Below are positions 24,685-39,013 of a stretch of 64,000 nt of DNA, piece after piece; position 1 is the stretch's first letter; every line of letters begins with the position of its first letter. The notes under the pieces were generated by a model. That model was given only the letters and a program-made list of their open reading frames with translations, was not told where the DNA came from and did not search any database. Source of the DNA: Octopus sinensis (lineage: Eukaryota); NCBI RefSeq assembly GCF_006345805.1, contig NC_043012.1, positions 59,396,001 through 59,460,000 on the forward strand, read 5' to 3'. The position numbers and the translations under genes are program-made.

Positions 24685-25190
24685 AGAGCGAGGGAGGGAG
24701 TGAGAGAGGGGATGGGGACGGGGAGAGAAAAAGTGAGCAAGATGGAGAGGGATAGGGATATAGTAATGAGAGAAGAAGAGTAAGCGAGAAAAAGACAGAG
24801 TAAGGAAGAGTGAAAGACAGCAAGAGAGAGAGAGACAGAGTAGGGGTGAAGGGAAAGTGAGAAAAACTGAGAGAGAGACTGACAGATTGAGAGAGGGGGA
24901 AGGAGTGATACAGTGAGAAACAAAGAGAGAAAATGAAAGGGGTAGAAAGAGAGAGAGAGAGAGAGAAAATGAGAAAGAGGGGCTACGAGAGAAAGAGAGA
25001 GAGAGGAAGAGAACGGAAAAGATAACTGGAGAGAGTGGAGTAGGAGAGGGACAGAGAGAGAAAGACAGAGAAAGAGAAATGAGAGAGAGAGTGAGGAGAG
25101 AAGGAGCAGAGAGAGAGAGAGAAAGACAGAGAATGAGAAATGAGAGAGAGAGAGGAGAGAAAGAGCAGAGAGAGAGAGAGAGAGAGAGAA
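24685..25190. repeat. Degenerate polypurine (GA-rich) tract
   Basis: Directly visible. Confidence 0.85.
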
Positions 25191-25547
25191 AAGGCTGGAC
25201 AACCGGAAGTTAGACAATTGATCAGGGACCTGAATACTTAAGACCACAAAATCCCCATCACATATCAGAGAAGGGGTCGGGTAAAGGGTAGTTGTCAATT
25301 AAGCATTTGTCCCTTATAATATTAACAGAACTCTTCAGACATATTCCCACCCTTAAATTTCGCCTACATACTCCCAGCATTCCTTTTCAGTTTACACGTT
25401 TCACTTTCTTTCGTCATTCGCTTATTCCGCCCACCTTTCTTTCCTTCTTTCTCTCTTTCATTCTGTCTTCCATCCTTTCATTCTGTCTATCGTTCTTTTT
25501 TCTTCCTCTCTTTTCTTCTTCGCTTATTCCGCCCAACTTCCTTTCCT

Positions 25548-25595
<48 letters not shown>

Positions 25596-25729
25596 TTCTT
25601 CTTCCCTTCTTTCTTTCCTTCTTTCTTTCTTTCTTTCTTTCTTTCTTCGTTACTTCGTCTATTTTTCTTTCTTTCTATCTTTCTTTTCTGTTTCTTTCCT
25701 TCATACCGCCATTCCTTCCTGTCTTTCTT

Positions 25730-25829
25730 NNNNNNNNNNNNNNNNNNNNNNNNNNNNNNNNNNNNNNNNNNNNNNNNNNNNNNNNNNNNNNNNNNNNNNN
25801 NNNNNNNNNNNNNNNNNNNNNNNNNNNNN
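25730..25829. other. Assembly gap (100 N)
   Basis: Run of N. Confidence 1.
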
Positions 25830-26464
25830 ATGGTCGTTTACTGAAACGATTGTAACATCAATTGAATTTTTCCTTTTGATATTTGAATTCTTCTTCTCTT
25901 CTTCTTCTTCTTCTTCTTCTTCTTCTTTTCTTCTTCTTCTTCTTCTTCTTCTTCTTCTTCTTCTTCTCCTTCTTCTCCTCCTCCTCCTCCTCCTCCGCCT
26001 TCTTCTTCTTCTTCTTCTTCTTCTTCTTCTCATTATTATTATCATTATTATTATGATATTGGGCTTCAAGATAGAACATTATGTCATCCATACCGTTCCA
26101 AAAGATGCTGAAACCAAGCTTCCTTTACTAATTCTCTTTACGATACGACAATCTGAAACAGAAAGACTTTTCCAACAAAACTTTTTTGAAATGACTTCAG
26201 CTCAGTGACTATCAGAGATTCCATCCGTAGTGAAAGGCGAGATAGATAGCTGTTTTACTCAACACCTTCTTTACAGAAAGGTTTGTAGAAGAAACAGCTC
26301 CTCTATAAATGATACCAATGCTCTCTGGCCAACTACATCACCCGTGACACGGACAGGTTGACGGAAACTTAGACGGCTTATCTAATTCGGCGCATCAAAT
26401 GCAGCGAATGCGACACCGAAAGCATAGTTAGGCCATTGGGCATCCAAAATATTTCTACACCCAT

Positions 26465-26710
26465 TCAGTATCCCACCTTGCAAAATGCTTTTAGGGATCG
26501 ATTATCGAATGTATCATCTCATTATTTACGCTGGCAGAATTATTTGCGTGTCGAACAAAATGTTTAACGACATTTCTCCCGGCTCTTCTCCCCACTTCCA
26601 AAAAGTCACCTTTACTTTACATTCTTTGGAATCGATAAAATAAATACTGGGTGTCGATGTAATCGATTTACCCTCTTCCCCTCAAATTAGAAACCGTGTA
26701 CCGAAATCAG
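26465..26710 (+). mobile_element. SINE family A variant, diverged
   Basis: GCTGGCAGAATTATT...AATCGATAAAATAAATACTGGGTGTCGATGTAATCGA. Confidence 0.6.
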
Positions 26711-26736
26711 AAGGAAAATATTTACGACGGTAATAG

Positions 26737-26900
26737 ATTGTGATTCGAGTAGGATTTGCATTTCTAGCAAGTCGTGCTAAAGCATTAGACACCTTTTCGT
26801 TGCCTATTTTTATTGATGTTCTTGAAAATTGTTCTGGGCAAATTTTGACAAAGATAAAGAGTGTGAGAAAAATGCCTTCAGGGACAATGCATTAAGAGTC
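26737..26900 (+). repeat. 164 bp direct repeat, copy 1
   Basis: ATTGTGATTCGAGTAGG...AATGCATTAAGAGTC; about 4 substitutions versus 30922-31085. Confidence 0.95.
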
Positions 26901-27619
26901 ATTAGAATTTTGTCTCTGAGGATATCTGTAATTTCTTGACTGTCGCAGTCTTGAATTCTGAAAGTGGATGCACTGACGTCATTCTAACGAATTAGTTTAA
27001 TTCTCTTATGCAATGTAACATAATTGCTGTTATTCTTTGCCATTTTATTGCTCTACATCTTCCTTTTAGTAGACACAAAGTAATTCCATTATTCCATTAT
27101 TCCAATATTCCAATATTAATTGTTTGGTTCGTTATTTCGTGGCACCATTATCAGACAACATTGAAACAGACACTTCCAATACGAAAACACTTTCGTTTTT
27201 CCTTGTTACTATTCCGCATAGTTGGCGCGTCGAACAAAATGCACGACGGAAATTCTTTTGGTTCTTTATGTTTTGAGTTCAAATTCCGCCACGGTCAGAT
27301 TTGCTGTTCTTTTTCGGAGATCGATAAAATAAGGTACCATTCAAATTCCGTGGTTAGTGTATCGATTGAAATTACTGATATTGTGTCAAAATTTGAAGCA
27401 ATTATTTTATTGACTTCAGCTTTAGATTGCGACCATACTGGGTGACCGGCTTCAAAAGTTGGGCCGGTGATAGCAACTCTATTACTTATTTCCAAGTCTG
27501 GCTCTTATTTCATCGAATCTATTAGTCGAACCATTAATTTACTGCTCATAAACAAACAGCACTGGTTATTAAGAGGTGTAAATGTATAAATTTACACACG
27601 CACGTACACAATATATATA

Positions 27620-27663
<44 letters not shown>

Positions 27664-27753
27664 ATATAATATATATATGTACACATACGTTATGTAGATA
27701 CATACATCTATACGTATATATATATATATATATCATATATATATATATATATA

Positions 27754-29365
27754 GTCCCGTCCTGTGGTTCTTGTGTCGTCTCTTTGGTGTTTCATGTTCT
27801 TGTCCATGTCTGTATTTATTTTTTACTGTTTACATATATAATCGGCGGCTACGTATCCACAATTGTCCTTATACGATAAGTATATTTTTTCTCTAGCATT
27901 GCTACGACTCTTGATCTGTCTCTTTCTCTCTCTCCTCCTCCCTTATTCCCCTTCATTTCTTTCCCTCTCCATCCGTCCCCCCCTTCTACGTTTCTCTATC
28001 TCTCTCACCTCCAGTCCCCTCGATCTGTCTCTTTCTTCTCCTCCCTCGTCCAACTTCTCTCTCTCTTCATCTGTCCCTTTCTCCTGTCTTTTGTTCTCAC
28101 GTGACCGCTAGCCACTGCTGAGCGCCCTTTTCGTTCCAGCAGTCGTCGAAGCAACACGTATTTGTTCGTCTCCCTGCGGCCATTAGGCACTACTTCATAA
28201 GCCAGCCCCATACTCAACTCGTCCTGTCGAAAGACCCTTGTCCTACGTCCTGGTTTTGTTTTGTTTTTTATCTTTACCGTTATTGTTTTTACGTTTTTGT
28301 ATTCTTATTGGTGTCACGTATTCTGTATTTTTGTTCGTGTACTCCGTTCGTTTTCCGTCCTCATGTTGTATACATTCGAAGCTTTCTTCCAGGGGATCTA
28401 GTGCGCTTGGCTTAGATTTTCCTTTGGGGGGCTGCCCAGATCGGAACAATCTCAAGATTAATCAGCCGAAATTGCGAAGATGATCTGGTTCTTGACTGAT
28501 GACTGAGGGCTTCGAATGTCCCGTCCTGTGGTTCTTGTGTCGTCTCTTTGGTGTTTTTCATGTTCTTCTCCATGTCTGTATTTATTTTTACTGTTTACAT
28601 ATATAATCGGCGGCTACGTATCCACAATTGTCCTTATACGATAGTATATTTTTTCCTAGCATTGCTACGACTCTTGATCTGTCTCTTTCTCTCTCTCCTC
28701 TCCCTTATTCCCCTTCATTTCTTTCCCTCTCCATCCGTCCCCCCCTTCTACGTTTCTCTATCTCTCTCACCTCCAGTCCCCTCGATCTGTCTCTTTCTTC
28801 TCCTCCTCGTCCAACTTCTCTCTCTCTTCATCTGTCCCTTTCTCCTGTCTTTTGTTCTCACGTGACCGCTAGCCAACTGCTGAGCGCCCTTTTCGTTCCA
28901 GCAGTCGTCGAAGCCAACACGTATTTGTTCGTCTCCCTGCGGCCATTAGGCACTACTTCATAAGCCAGCCCCATACTCAACTCGTCCTGTCGAAAGAACC
29001 TTGTCCTACGTCCTGGTTTTGTTTTGTTTTTTATCTTTACCGTTATTGTTTTTTTACGTTTTTGTATTCTTATTGGTGTCACGTATTCTGTATTTTTGTT
29101 CGTGTACTCCGTTCGTTTTCCGTCCTCATGTTGTATACATTCGAAGCTTTCTTCCAGGGGATCTAGTGCGCTTGGCCTTAGATTTTCCTTTGGGGGGCTG
29201 CCCAGATCGGAACAATCTCAAGATTAATCAGCCGAAATTGCGAAGATGATCTGTTTCTTGACTGATGACTGAGGGCTTCGAATGTCCCGTCCTGTGGTTC
29301 TTGTGTCGTCTCTTTGGTTTTTCATGTTCTTCTCCATGTCTGTATTTATTTTTACTGTTTAACAT
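27754..29365. repeat. Tandem array of a ~765 bp unit, 2.1 copies (possible Penelope-like terminal repeat array)
   Basis: GTCCCGTCCTGTGGTTC starts at 27754, 28518 and 29284; a diverged 240 bp homologue lies at 58348-58585. Confidence 0.9.
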
Positions 29366-29939
29366 ATATATATATATATATAATATATATAATATATATT
29401 ATATATAGATGCATATATGGGCACAGAACGTCACGAATTGTGTACAACAAAAAATGCGAAGTATGAGTACATGGAATATGAACTATTTTTTCGAACAACG
29501 AAAGACATAAATGGAAAGCAAGAACAACAACAGTTGTTGAATGTTCATCTACTCTCGTATTTCGAGCATTTAATAAGACACGCGTTGGATAAAACAGTTG
29601 CTCTCGCAAAGCAAATGAAATAAAATTTGGGATTTTGCGGATGGTCAAAATTGGTAACACAAACGGGACAATAGTGAAAACAAACAGAAAGCGCTGCTAA
29701 GCCTAAACGAGGTTGTAGTGGTGAACGCGTAAATCAAGCTTGGACAGGAGGCAGACAAGCACACGTCTTCCTTGATCCAACTACAATGGAGAGAAAGAAA
29801 GAAATAGAAGTTGGGAGAAGGATGGCTGATGGTCATGTGGGAGCCAAGTGAGCAAGGGAGAAAGAGAGAGGGAGAGAGAGTGGCAGACTGGGAACTGTTA
29901 CACACATATGAGGATATCTATTTAATGTCTTTTATCTAT

Positions 29940-30165
29940 TACTTATTTCAGTCATTAGACGGTAACTATGCTGATGCACCACCTTGAGGAATTTTAGTCG
30001 AATGAAACAAAACAATACTTCTTATTTTTTAAGACTGGTACTTATTATATCGATTTCTTTTGCCCAACTGCTAGGTTATGGGGACATAAATACATCAATA
30101 CCGGTCGTAAGCGGTGGTGGGAGACAAACACATGCACAAAGACACACACACATACACAGACATCG
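29940..30165 (-). mobile_element. SINE family B 3' half, diverged
   Basis: TTATTTCAGTCATT...TTTTGCCCAACTGCTAGGTTATGGGGAC matches the reverse-complemented tail. Confidence 0.75.
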
Positions 30166-30220
30166 TGTGTGTGTCTATGTGTGTGTGTGTGTGTATATAT
30201 ATGTGTGTGCGTGTGTGTGT

Positions 30221-30630
30221 GAGTGGCTGTGTGGTAAGTAGCTTGCTTACTAACCACATGGTTCCGTGTTCAGTCTCACTGCGTGGCACCTTGGGCAAGT
30301 GTCTTCTACTATAGCTTAGGTCCGACCAAAGCCTTGTGAGTGAATTTGGTAGACGGAAACTGAAAGAAACCCGTCGTATATATGTATATATATATAAGTA
30401 TGTGTGTGTATATGTTTGTGTACCTGTGTTGATCCCCACAACATCGCTTTACAACCGATGGTGATATGTTTATGTCCCCGTAACTTTGCGGTTCGGCAAA
30501 AGAGACTGATAGAATAAGTACTAGGCTTACAAAGAATAAGTCCTGGGATAGACTTGCTCGACTAAAGGCGGTGCTCCAGCATGGCCGCAATCAAATGACT
30601 GAAACAAGTAAAAGGGTAAAAGAGTAAAAG
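30221..30630 (+). mobile_element. SINE family B, near full length
   Basis: GAGTGGCTGTGTGGTAAGTAGCTTGCTTAC...GTAAAAGGGTAAAAGAGTAAAAG. Confidence 0.92.
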
Positions 30631-30921
30631 AATAGAAGAGTCTAAAAACCTTGGACTCTACGAAAAATCCTCCATAGAAGAACCCCTGTCTTTCCACAAC
30701 ATCTGGAGTTCATGACTGTCAGTATTAATAATGAGAACCTGATGCAAATGTTGACATTAGCTGAAAGAGAGAGGGATAGGGGGAGGGAGAGGGTGGGTGG
30801 GAGAAAGAAGGAGGTAAGAAAGAGAGAGAAAGAGAGAATAAAAAGAATGTGTTGATTGAAGGAAATGGTAGACGTTTAAAACGCCGAACACCCAAATGGT
30901 AGGCAATGGACGAAACATTAC

Positions 30922-31085
30922 ATTGTGATTCGAGTAGGATTTGCATTTCTAGCAAGTCGTGCTAAAGCACTAGACACCTTTTCGTTGCCTATTTTTAACG
31001 ATGCTCTTGAAAATTGTTCTGGGCAAATTTTGACAAAGATAAAGAGTGTGAGAAAAATGCCTTCAGGGACAATGCATTAAGAGTC
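30922..31085 (+). repeat. 164 bp direct repeat, copy 2
   Basis: See 26737-26900. Confidence 0.95.
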
Positions 31086-32689
31086 GTCGAAGAAAGACGC
31101 CGAAGCTTGACGTGTAAGGGCGATAGATTGGCAGTATTTTGAGAGTCTCGGTCAACCTGCCTTACAGTATTTATTCCGAGGTTTTAGGCTCTGAGTTCAA
31201 ATCCCTCCTTGATCTATTTCCCCTTTCATATTTTCGGTGTCGATAAAATAATTTTTCCCCTTCACTTGTGTTAGATGAAAATATTTTTGAGAAAGGCATG
31301 AACAGGGAACTTTTGCATTAAATTTAAAAATAAAAATTTAACGGCCACTGAGTATTTTTGTAACACCTGTGGTTTCTCTTATTTTTGGCGCCAAATAATA
31401 CCTGATTGATTCACTTAAGGTCAAGGGCGTTCCAGCTTTGGCCATCCACTCGATTTTTTTGTTAATTCCGATATAGTTTATCGCTGAGGAGATCTAATAA
31501 CACCGAGACATATCTGTTACTCTTCATTCCAACAACCATCAGAATTTCCTCACAAGAAATAAAATTCAAATGTTTTCTTTCAATACCTCACGTGAAGCAA
31601 CTACCTTCTGCTTACATCACCAGTCTGTTAGACCTCATTTCCATTCCCACATTGAAATACAACTCCCGAATAGCATTGTGGTTTTCAAGAGTTAACTACA
31701 CCTGAATGTCCATGGATAGATATTCTCATTGCATGCCAACTTTCACTCATCATCTCTTGCTCCTGCAAATGGTTAACAAGACATATGCCAATATAAGTAA
31801 CAATATGACTAGTTTTGATCTTCTTATTTGTTTACTCTTTATTCTATGGATAGGTGTTTGATACATCTACACGCACTGTTTTATACATCAGTCGCTGCCT
31901 TTTTAAGACACAAACTCTTCATATGCGCTATTGCGATTGATGAAATACACATCTTTCCCATACATCAAGCAGAGCTTCCGCAGCTCTTATGCTGAGTGGA
32001 TACGGAAGTTCTCTCCCTTTTTGATAAACAGCTATGTCCCCCACCTTCGATCAATCCCTTGAAAACTCGAGTAACGAAGCAATCTCTTTTGTGACACATC
32101 TCTACCACACACTTTCCATTTTCTCAAGACGACAGATGTCTAATGCTTTCCTTTAATTTACAACACTAAGAAAAGATGAGTTCATATCGGCAGTGCTTGT
32201 GTTAATGTCATATAAATTTGTGCTTTTGATCGTCAAATTGTGCGTTTAAAGTATACTTAATTGTCATGTTTTTGTTTATATTGTCATTGTAAATATGTTT
32301 CTAGGGGTTTCAGACGTTTTGGTACCGTTTGAGGTTACTAGTCACAAATATGATTATTACCAACAGGTGTAAAATGGGTATTTGTAAGAATATAAATATA
32401 TATTAAAAATACTAAAAGACAACCTTTCTCCTCCTGCTCGGTAACGGGATGGATGTAAAAATATTTCAAAATGCTTAGTTGGCAAAAAAGACCAAGGAAA
32501 GAAAAAAAAAAGAAAGAAAAGAGCAAGGATAAAAAAAAGAACTATTTTTCGTAAGACAATATTGGTAGTGAATATCTTGTAAACAGAACTCATTGAATAC
32601 GCATGCGGCTTTCAGTGAATAAAGCAACACCAGCAACAACTATAACACAAACTACTACAACAATGATAAAAATATTAACAACAAAAAAC

Positions 32690-32710
32690 TACACCACTAA
32701 TAATAATAAT

Positions 32711-32789
<79 letters not shown>

Positions 32790-33517
32790 GTAAACTGGAG
32801 GTAAATAACGCAATTTGTAGGTTGAGAATGATGACAACATATAATCGTGCAGATGTTGTTATGGCTGAAGTAAAAGATGAAAAGCATCAAAAGAGAACGA
32901 TGTTTTACTAATGAAACCTAATCTTCTCCCTCGTGTTATTTTCGCTCAAAAGACAGATAGCTTTCTAATGAACCCTCTTAAAACACAAAATATTATATAC
33001 ATATGTACAAGCATACATGCTTTCATACACTCACGCATGCATACAGACGCACGCACTGGCACACACACATACACGTGTGTGTGTGTGTGTGTGTGTGACT
33101 GTGCAGTTAAGTACTGGCATGCGCACACACTTTCATATATATATATATATATATATATATGAAAGTGTGTGTGTGTATATATATGTATGTATGTATATAT
33201 ATATATATATATATAGATATAGATGTACATATATATATATATAATATATATATATATGTATATATTTATATATATATACACACACATATATACCTTTATA
33301 TATATTTATATATCATCTACCTATATTTATGTATCTATCTATTTATAAATATGTATGTATGTATGTGTGGATGTATATTTGTAATTATATATATATATAT
33401 ATGTATATATGCATCTCTGTATTTTTGTCATTCATCATACACATTTATTAATCTTTCTCTGTTTAACTGTCTCTCCTCTTCTCTCTCATTCTCTCTCTCA
33501 CTCTCTTTTTGTCTCTC

Positions 33518-33548
<31 letters not shown>

Positions 33549-33750
33549 ATATATTATATATAATTTACATGTATATATATATAGTATATATACATACATA
33601 TGTATATATTCACAAATACGTAGATACTTCCATACATACATCCTTACATACATACATCCATCCATCCATTCATACATACATACATACATACATACATACA
33701 TACATACATACATACATACATACATACATACATACATACATACATACGTA
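32690..33750. repeat. Microsatellite-rich region (TAA/CAA, GT, AT, CATA)
   Basis: Directly visible. Confidence 0.85.
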
Positions 33751-35539
33751 TGTACATAGCGAAGCCTAACGATATCTTAAAGAAAATAAAATGTAGAAAG
33801 TAAAATCGCGAAAGTGCCAGTTCTTTTCCAGATGAAAAATAAATTTAATCCCTCAATGTTTTCGTCTATTTATTGAAATATCTAAAGACAAATGGAGATA
33901 CTATACTTTCTGATCACTCTTTTTTCCTCACTGATTCTGTCCACCTCTCTCTCTTCGTCTCTGTCTCTGTGTCTCTCTCTATCTCTCTCTCTCTCTGTCT
34001 CTCTCAGTTTCTTCCTCTATGTTTTTTTTTGCCTTCCTTTCATTTGATCACACATCGCCATCTAAACGAAATTGCTTACAGCCGATTAACTATACTAACT
34101 CGCTTATCATCCATCGTATAAAATTGAAGATTCTTTTCAGTCGGGAGAGAAATGCTGAACCACGTCGGAAGTTGTGTAAAGAGTATTATCTAAATTAGAG
34201 CTGAACCGGGTGTTGATTATATATATATATATATGTGTGTGTGTGTAGGTGTGTGTGTGTATTTATATATGTTTATGTATGCATATATACAGTAAACTAT
34301 GAAACGCTAGTAGTGCTGTGTCAAGACTGTGAAGTATGGCGTTTAAAAACCTACAAATAGAAAATAAAAAATGATATAGCAGAATATATATATATAAAAA
34401 AAGGAAAATGCAAAAAATAGTCTTGTTAAGTAAGGAAAACAGTTGAAAATTAAAGCATTGGTGAATAAAAATACGATATTAGTAAGAAACAGAAAATTGG
34501 CTAGAGTTGAACTCAGCTGAAGCAAAGAGGAAGGAAAAAATATAGAAAAAAAATTGAATCTATTGAAAAATAAAAATAAAACCGACAAAATAAGCGATAT
34601 TTACAAGAAGTAATAGGAAATGAAATCGTAAAATCACGATTTTTTTCTTCTTTATGTATTTTTTATTATTATTTTTTATTTTAGTTGTATTTCTTAGCCA
34701 CCATTTTTTTTCCCTCAGAAGAATCCAATCTTTCATCAAGTGTAATGTTTTTATCTCTTGCTATTTTATTACAAGTCCCCTTCTTTTTATTTGTGGGATG
34801 GTGTGTCGTCCATATTAGCATCATCCTTGTGTGAATTTTTATGCTGTGCACATTCAATTAATGCATCAGAAACGAGTCTTTTCTCACAGCACAGTTCGTG
34901 TTTTATGAAGACTGCGAACAAACGAACGCTTTTCGTGCGCTATTTACTCCATCTAACTTAATTTCTTCAGTCTTATACGGATGTGCAAATTAAAACTTAA
35001 GTTGGCTGCTAATTTTGTTTACTGAGATATTTCGATTTATCGGCAGTGTTAGCGGAAAAAGCTTAGTTCAAATATTCTCACCGCGCCCCCATCTCTCACT
35101 TCTTCCCTCTTCTTTCAAGATTGCTGTTTTCACAGAAGACAAGCATTGCCCGCCGCCAGCGGCCAACAGATACATTCTCTTCGCTTTGCCTTCTCCCACT
35201 GCTTAACTTCAATTTCCGGTATTCTGTGGAATACTTTTGCTGATTGGTGCTAGCGTAAAACGTTTGAATTCATTGCATTTCTCGAACCTTCTCTGCCTTC
35301 TGCTCATCCCACCCGCACCATTGAAAAGAAACTTGCGATGTTGATGCTAAAACAAAGAAATATGTAAATAACCAGAACCAAATAAATACAAAAAAAAATT
35401 GAAGGAGAGAAAAACCAAATAGAAAGATAGATTAATAAGGCAAAAAAGGGTGGTAAGATAGAAGGATGAATAGGCATATACATACATATATACATATACA
35501 TACGCACATGCATAGATACATAGATACATATATAAATAC

Positions 35540-35572
<33 letters not shown>

Positions 35573-36074
35573 ATATATATTATATATATATTATATATAT
35601 ATATATATATATATGGTGTATATATATATATATATATGGTGAGAGAGAGAGGTATATAGATTGTTTGATAGGAAAATAGAGTGTGGGATGTGTGTGTGGT
35701 AGAAAAGAAAATGGATAGCTTAGTAAAAAAAAGTGTAAGGTAACAGTGTAAAAGCTGTTGGAACAGAGAAAAATAAACTAAAAATACGAGACAAGAAAAG
35801 GAATAATAATAATAATAATAATGATAATAATATTAGTGATAATAATGAATAGTAGTAGTAGCAGCAGCAGCAGCAGTCGTAGTAGTGGTGGTGGTAGTAG
35901 TAGATGCAAATCAGTGAATATAGGATAGGAAATTAAATTTCTTGAGCATTTGTTACATGAATTTTCCGTTTTTCGATATTTAATTTAATTTGTAGTACAT
36001 TTTAATAAATTTCTTAGATTCTCTTATACATGTGTTTCCAAGTAGAATATTTGCAGATGCTGCCACCGACTACC

Positions 36075-36658
36075 CCCTATCATCATCATCATCACCATCA
36101 TCATCACCATCATCATCACCACGAACACCATCATCATGGACGGCAACGGCGGCGGCGTTGTTGTGGTCGTCATCTTCCCATGTAAGCGCCATCATCATCA
36201 TAATCATAATCATCACCATCATTGTAGTCCTCATCGTAATCATTCTAATCATCATCATCATCATCATCATCATCACCATCATCATCACCATCATCATCAT
36301 CATCATCGTCATCATCTCCAGATAGCTATATCGTCGTTTATCGCTTTAAGCCAAAGTAAATTTCGAAGGCACCAGCAGTTAAGTTGTAAGCCAATTTTTA
36401 AGAATCATTGACTTGTTTTAAAAAGTATCAGAACAAAAAGAAAAGAAACAAATACAAAAAAAAGACAAACAAACAAAATAACAGCGAAAAAATAAACGAA
36501 CAAAAATATATAAATAAAACCAAATAAAAATAAAAATAAGCATTTCGGAGTCAGCTCAAGTTGAATTCTACCGAATTAACATCTGAACAGAAAATTTCAC
36601 CCATCCAAACACACACTCACATACACACACGTACACACACACACACACACAGACGCGT

Positions 36659-36693
<35 letters not shown>

Positions 36694-36745
36694 ACACGCA
36701 CGCACATAAACACACACACACACGCACGCACGCACACACACAGAC
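36075..36745. repeat. (CAT)n and (CA)n microsatellites
   Basis: Directly visible. Confidence 0.85.
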
Positions 36746-37382
36746 ACTTAATAAAAACAACTGCAAAACAAAAAAAAAATTCAAAAACAAACCCAAAACA
36801 GCAACAGCTACAACTGCAACAAAAACTCATATATCCTATCATTTTCTTATCTCACAGCATAATTTCACGGTAATAGCGAATAATCAGATTGAATTCCTCT
36901 TCAATGAACTCCTTTACTTAACTTTTTACATTTGCCACGGTTTCCTGTTGACCACGTGACTGATAGGAAAACGCCATTACGAACAACCAAGAGCAAATAC
37001 TAAATTTCTCATGTTAAAAGCTATGATGGCAATTCTGTAATTCTTATTGGACGATTTCGTAAGACGATAACTTGGTTTAGAGAAGTTCCAGTCACATTCT
37101 CACCTACCCCGGCAAATTTCCCCATCCTGGCCTGATACTGATAAATTTTATAGATGTGGAATTGTTTTGTGAGAGCTTTTCAAATTGAAAGACGCCATTT
37201 TATCTGCTATCTTCTCTTCTCTTCTCTTCCTCTTATTATGCCTCTTTCTCTTCTTCTTTCTTTCTGTCTCTCATCTTCTGTCATCTGTATGTGCTTGAAA
37301 GATGGCTTTTATTGAATATAGATACATATATATTGTACTGGATAAACACACATACAAACACACACACACACTCACACGCACG

Positions 37383-37432
<50 letters not shown>

Positions 37433-37843
37433 ATATAAATAATATATATATGCGTATATGGGTACAGGACGTCACCAGCTGTGTAAACAACATGAAATAC
37501 GAAAACAAACGAGGCAAATATGCAAACAATGAAAGAAAAAAAAGGAAAACAACACAAGTAAACAGAGAAAGGACCCTTCGTCAGTTGTCGACTGTCTATC
37601 TATGGGGGGAACAAAAACAGGACAGTGGAGACAAACAAGGAAACCGAATGAAAACAAACATGGAGGGTTGTTAGACCAGAAGGCGATGAATATATATGTA
37701 TATATATATATGAAATTGATGTAATCTTATTTACATGCAAAACTAATATGTAGTAATATTTGTAATTTCATAAGCAACATACATACATACATATACACAT
37801 ACATACATACATACATACATACATACATACACACATACATACA

Positions 37844-37939
<96 letters not shown>

Positions 37940-38054
37940 TATACCATTATATATATATCGTCTACCTATATTTATGTATCTATATATTATAAAATATGTA
38001 TGTATGTGTAGATATAATATTTGTAATTATATACACACACACACACACACACAC

Positions 38055-38085
<31 letters not shown>

Positions 38086-38206
38086 CTATATATATATATA
38101 TATGCATCTCTGTATTTTTGTCATTCATCATACACATTTATTATTTTTCTCTGTTTAACTGTCTCTTCTGTTTCTCTCATCTCTGTATCTGTTTTTTGTC
38201 TCTCTT

Positions 38207-38248
<42 letters not shown>

Positions 38249-38284
38249 ATCTGTATGTTAGACCAGAACGAGATCAATAATATG

Positions 38285-38363
<79 letters not shown>

Positions 38364-38809
38364 AAAATCTGATGTAATCTTATTTACATGCAAGACTATA
38401 TTTGGTAATATTTGTAATTTCATATGTAATATACATATTTATGTATGTGGTCAGAGGAAGACTATTCTGCAAAATAACTAACTACGAACGAAAATCGAAC
38501 ACTCTGTGCTCCTATAGCATAGAGAAACACTGATATCGAGATATAAATAAATATTTCTAATGAGAACCTACCAGTAGAATTCAATCAACCAATTACATAG
38601 ATTCGGAACACAACGAATTCAGCAATCCCATGATTATTCTTGGGAGAAATTAAAAATATTTCTTTACAGGACGATAAATGAAATTGTTTGGTAACTAAGT
38701 AACATAGGCGAACATATAAATTCAATTTTATCACCCGAGCCGTTTCTTTACTGACGATTGTACTTGTACGCTGTACAAGTACGATCGTCAGTAAAAAAAA
38801 TAAGATACT

Positions 38810-38963
38810 TATGGCGTGGCTGTGTGGTAAGAACCTTGTTTTGCAACCACATGGTTCCGGCTTCAGTTTCACTGCGTGGAAACTGGGGAGTGTCTTCTGC
38901 TTTGGCCTCGGGCTGACCAAAGCCATGTGAGTGGATTTGGTAGACGGACACTGAAAGCAGCCG

Positions 38964-39013
<50 letters not shown>

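Noticed and set aside
26080-26160. Minus frame CRIVKRISKGSLVSASFGTVWMT resembling a kinase glycine-rich loop
   Set aside because: The spacing is wrong, a stop follows immediately, and no other kinase motifs are nearby; probably chance.
28488-28530. CTGATGA...CGAAT in the 765 bp unit (also near 29260) as a hammerhead
   Set aside because: GAAT instead of GAAA, no A15.1-U16.1 pair and no stem I. A type II reading using GAAA at 28467 also fails.
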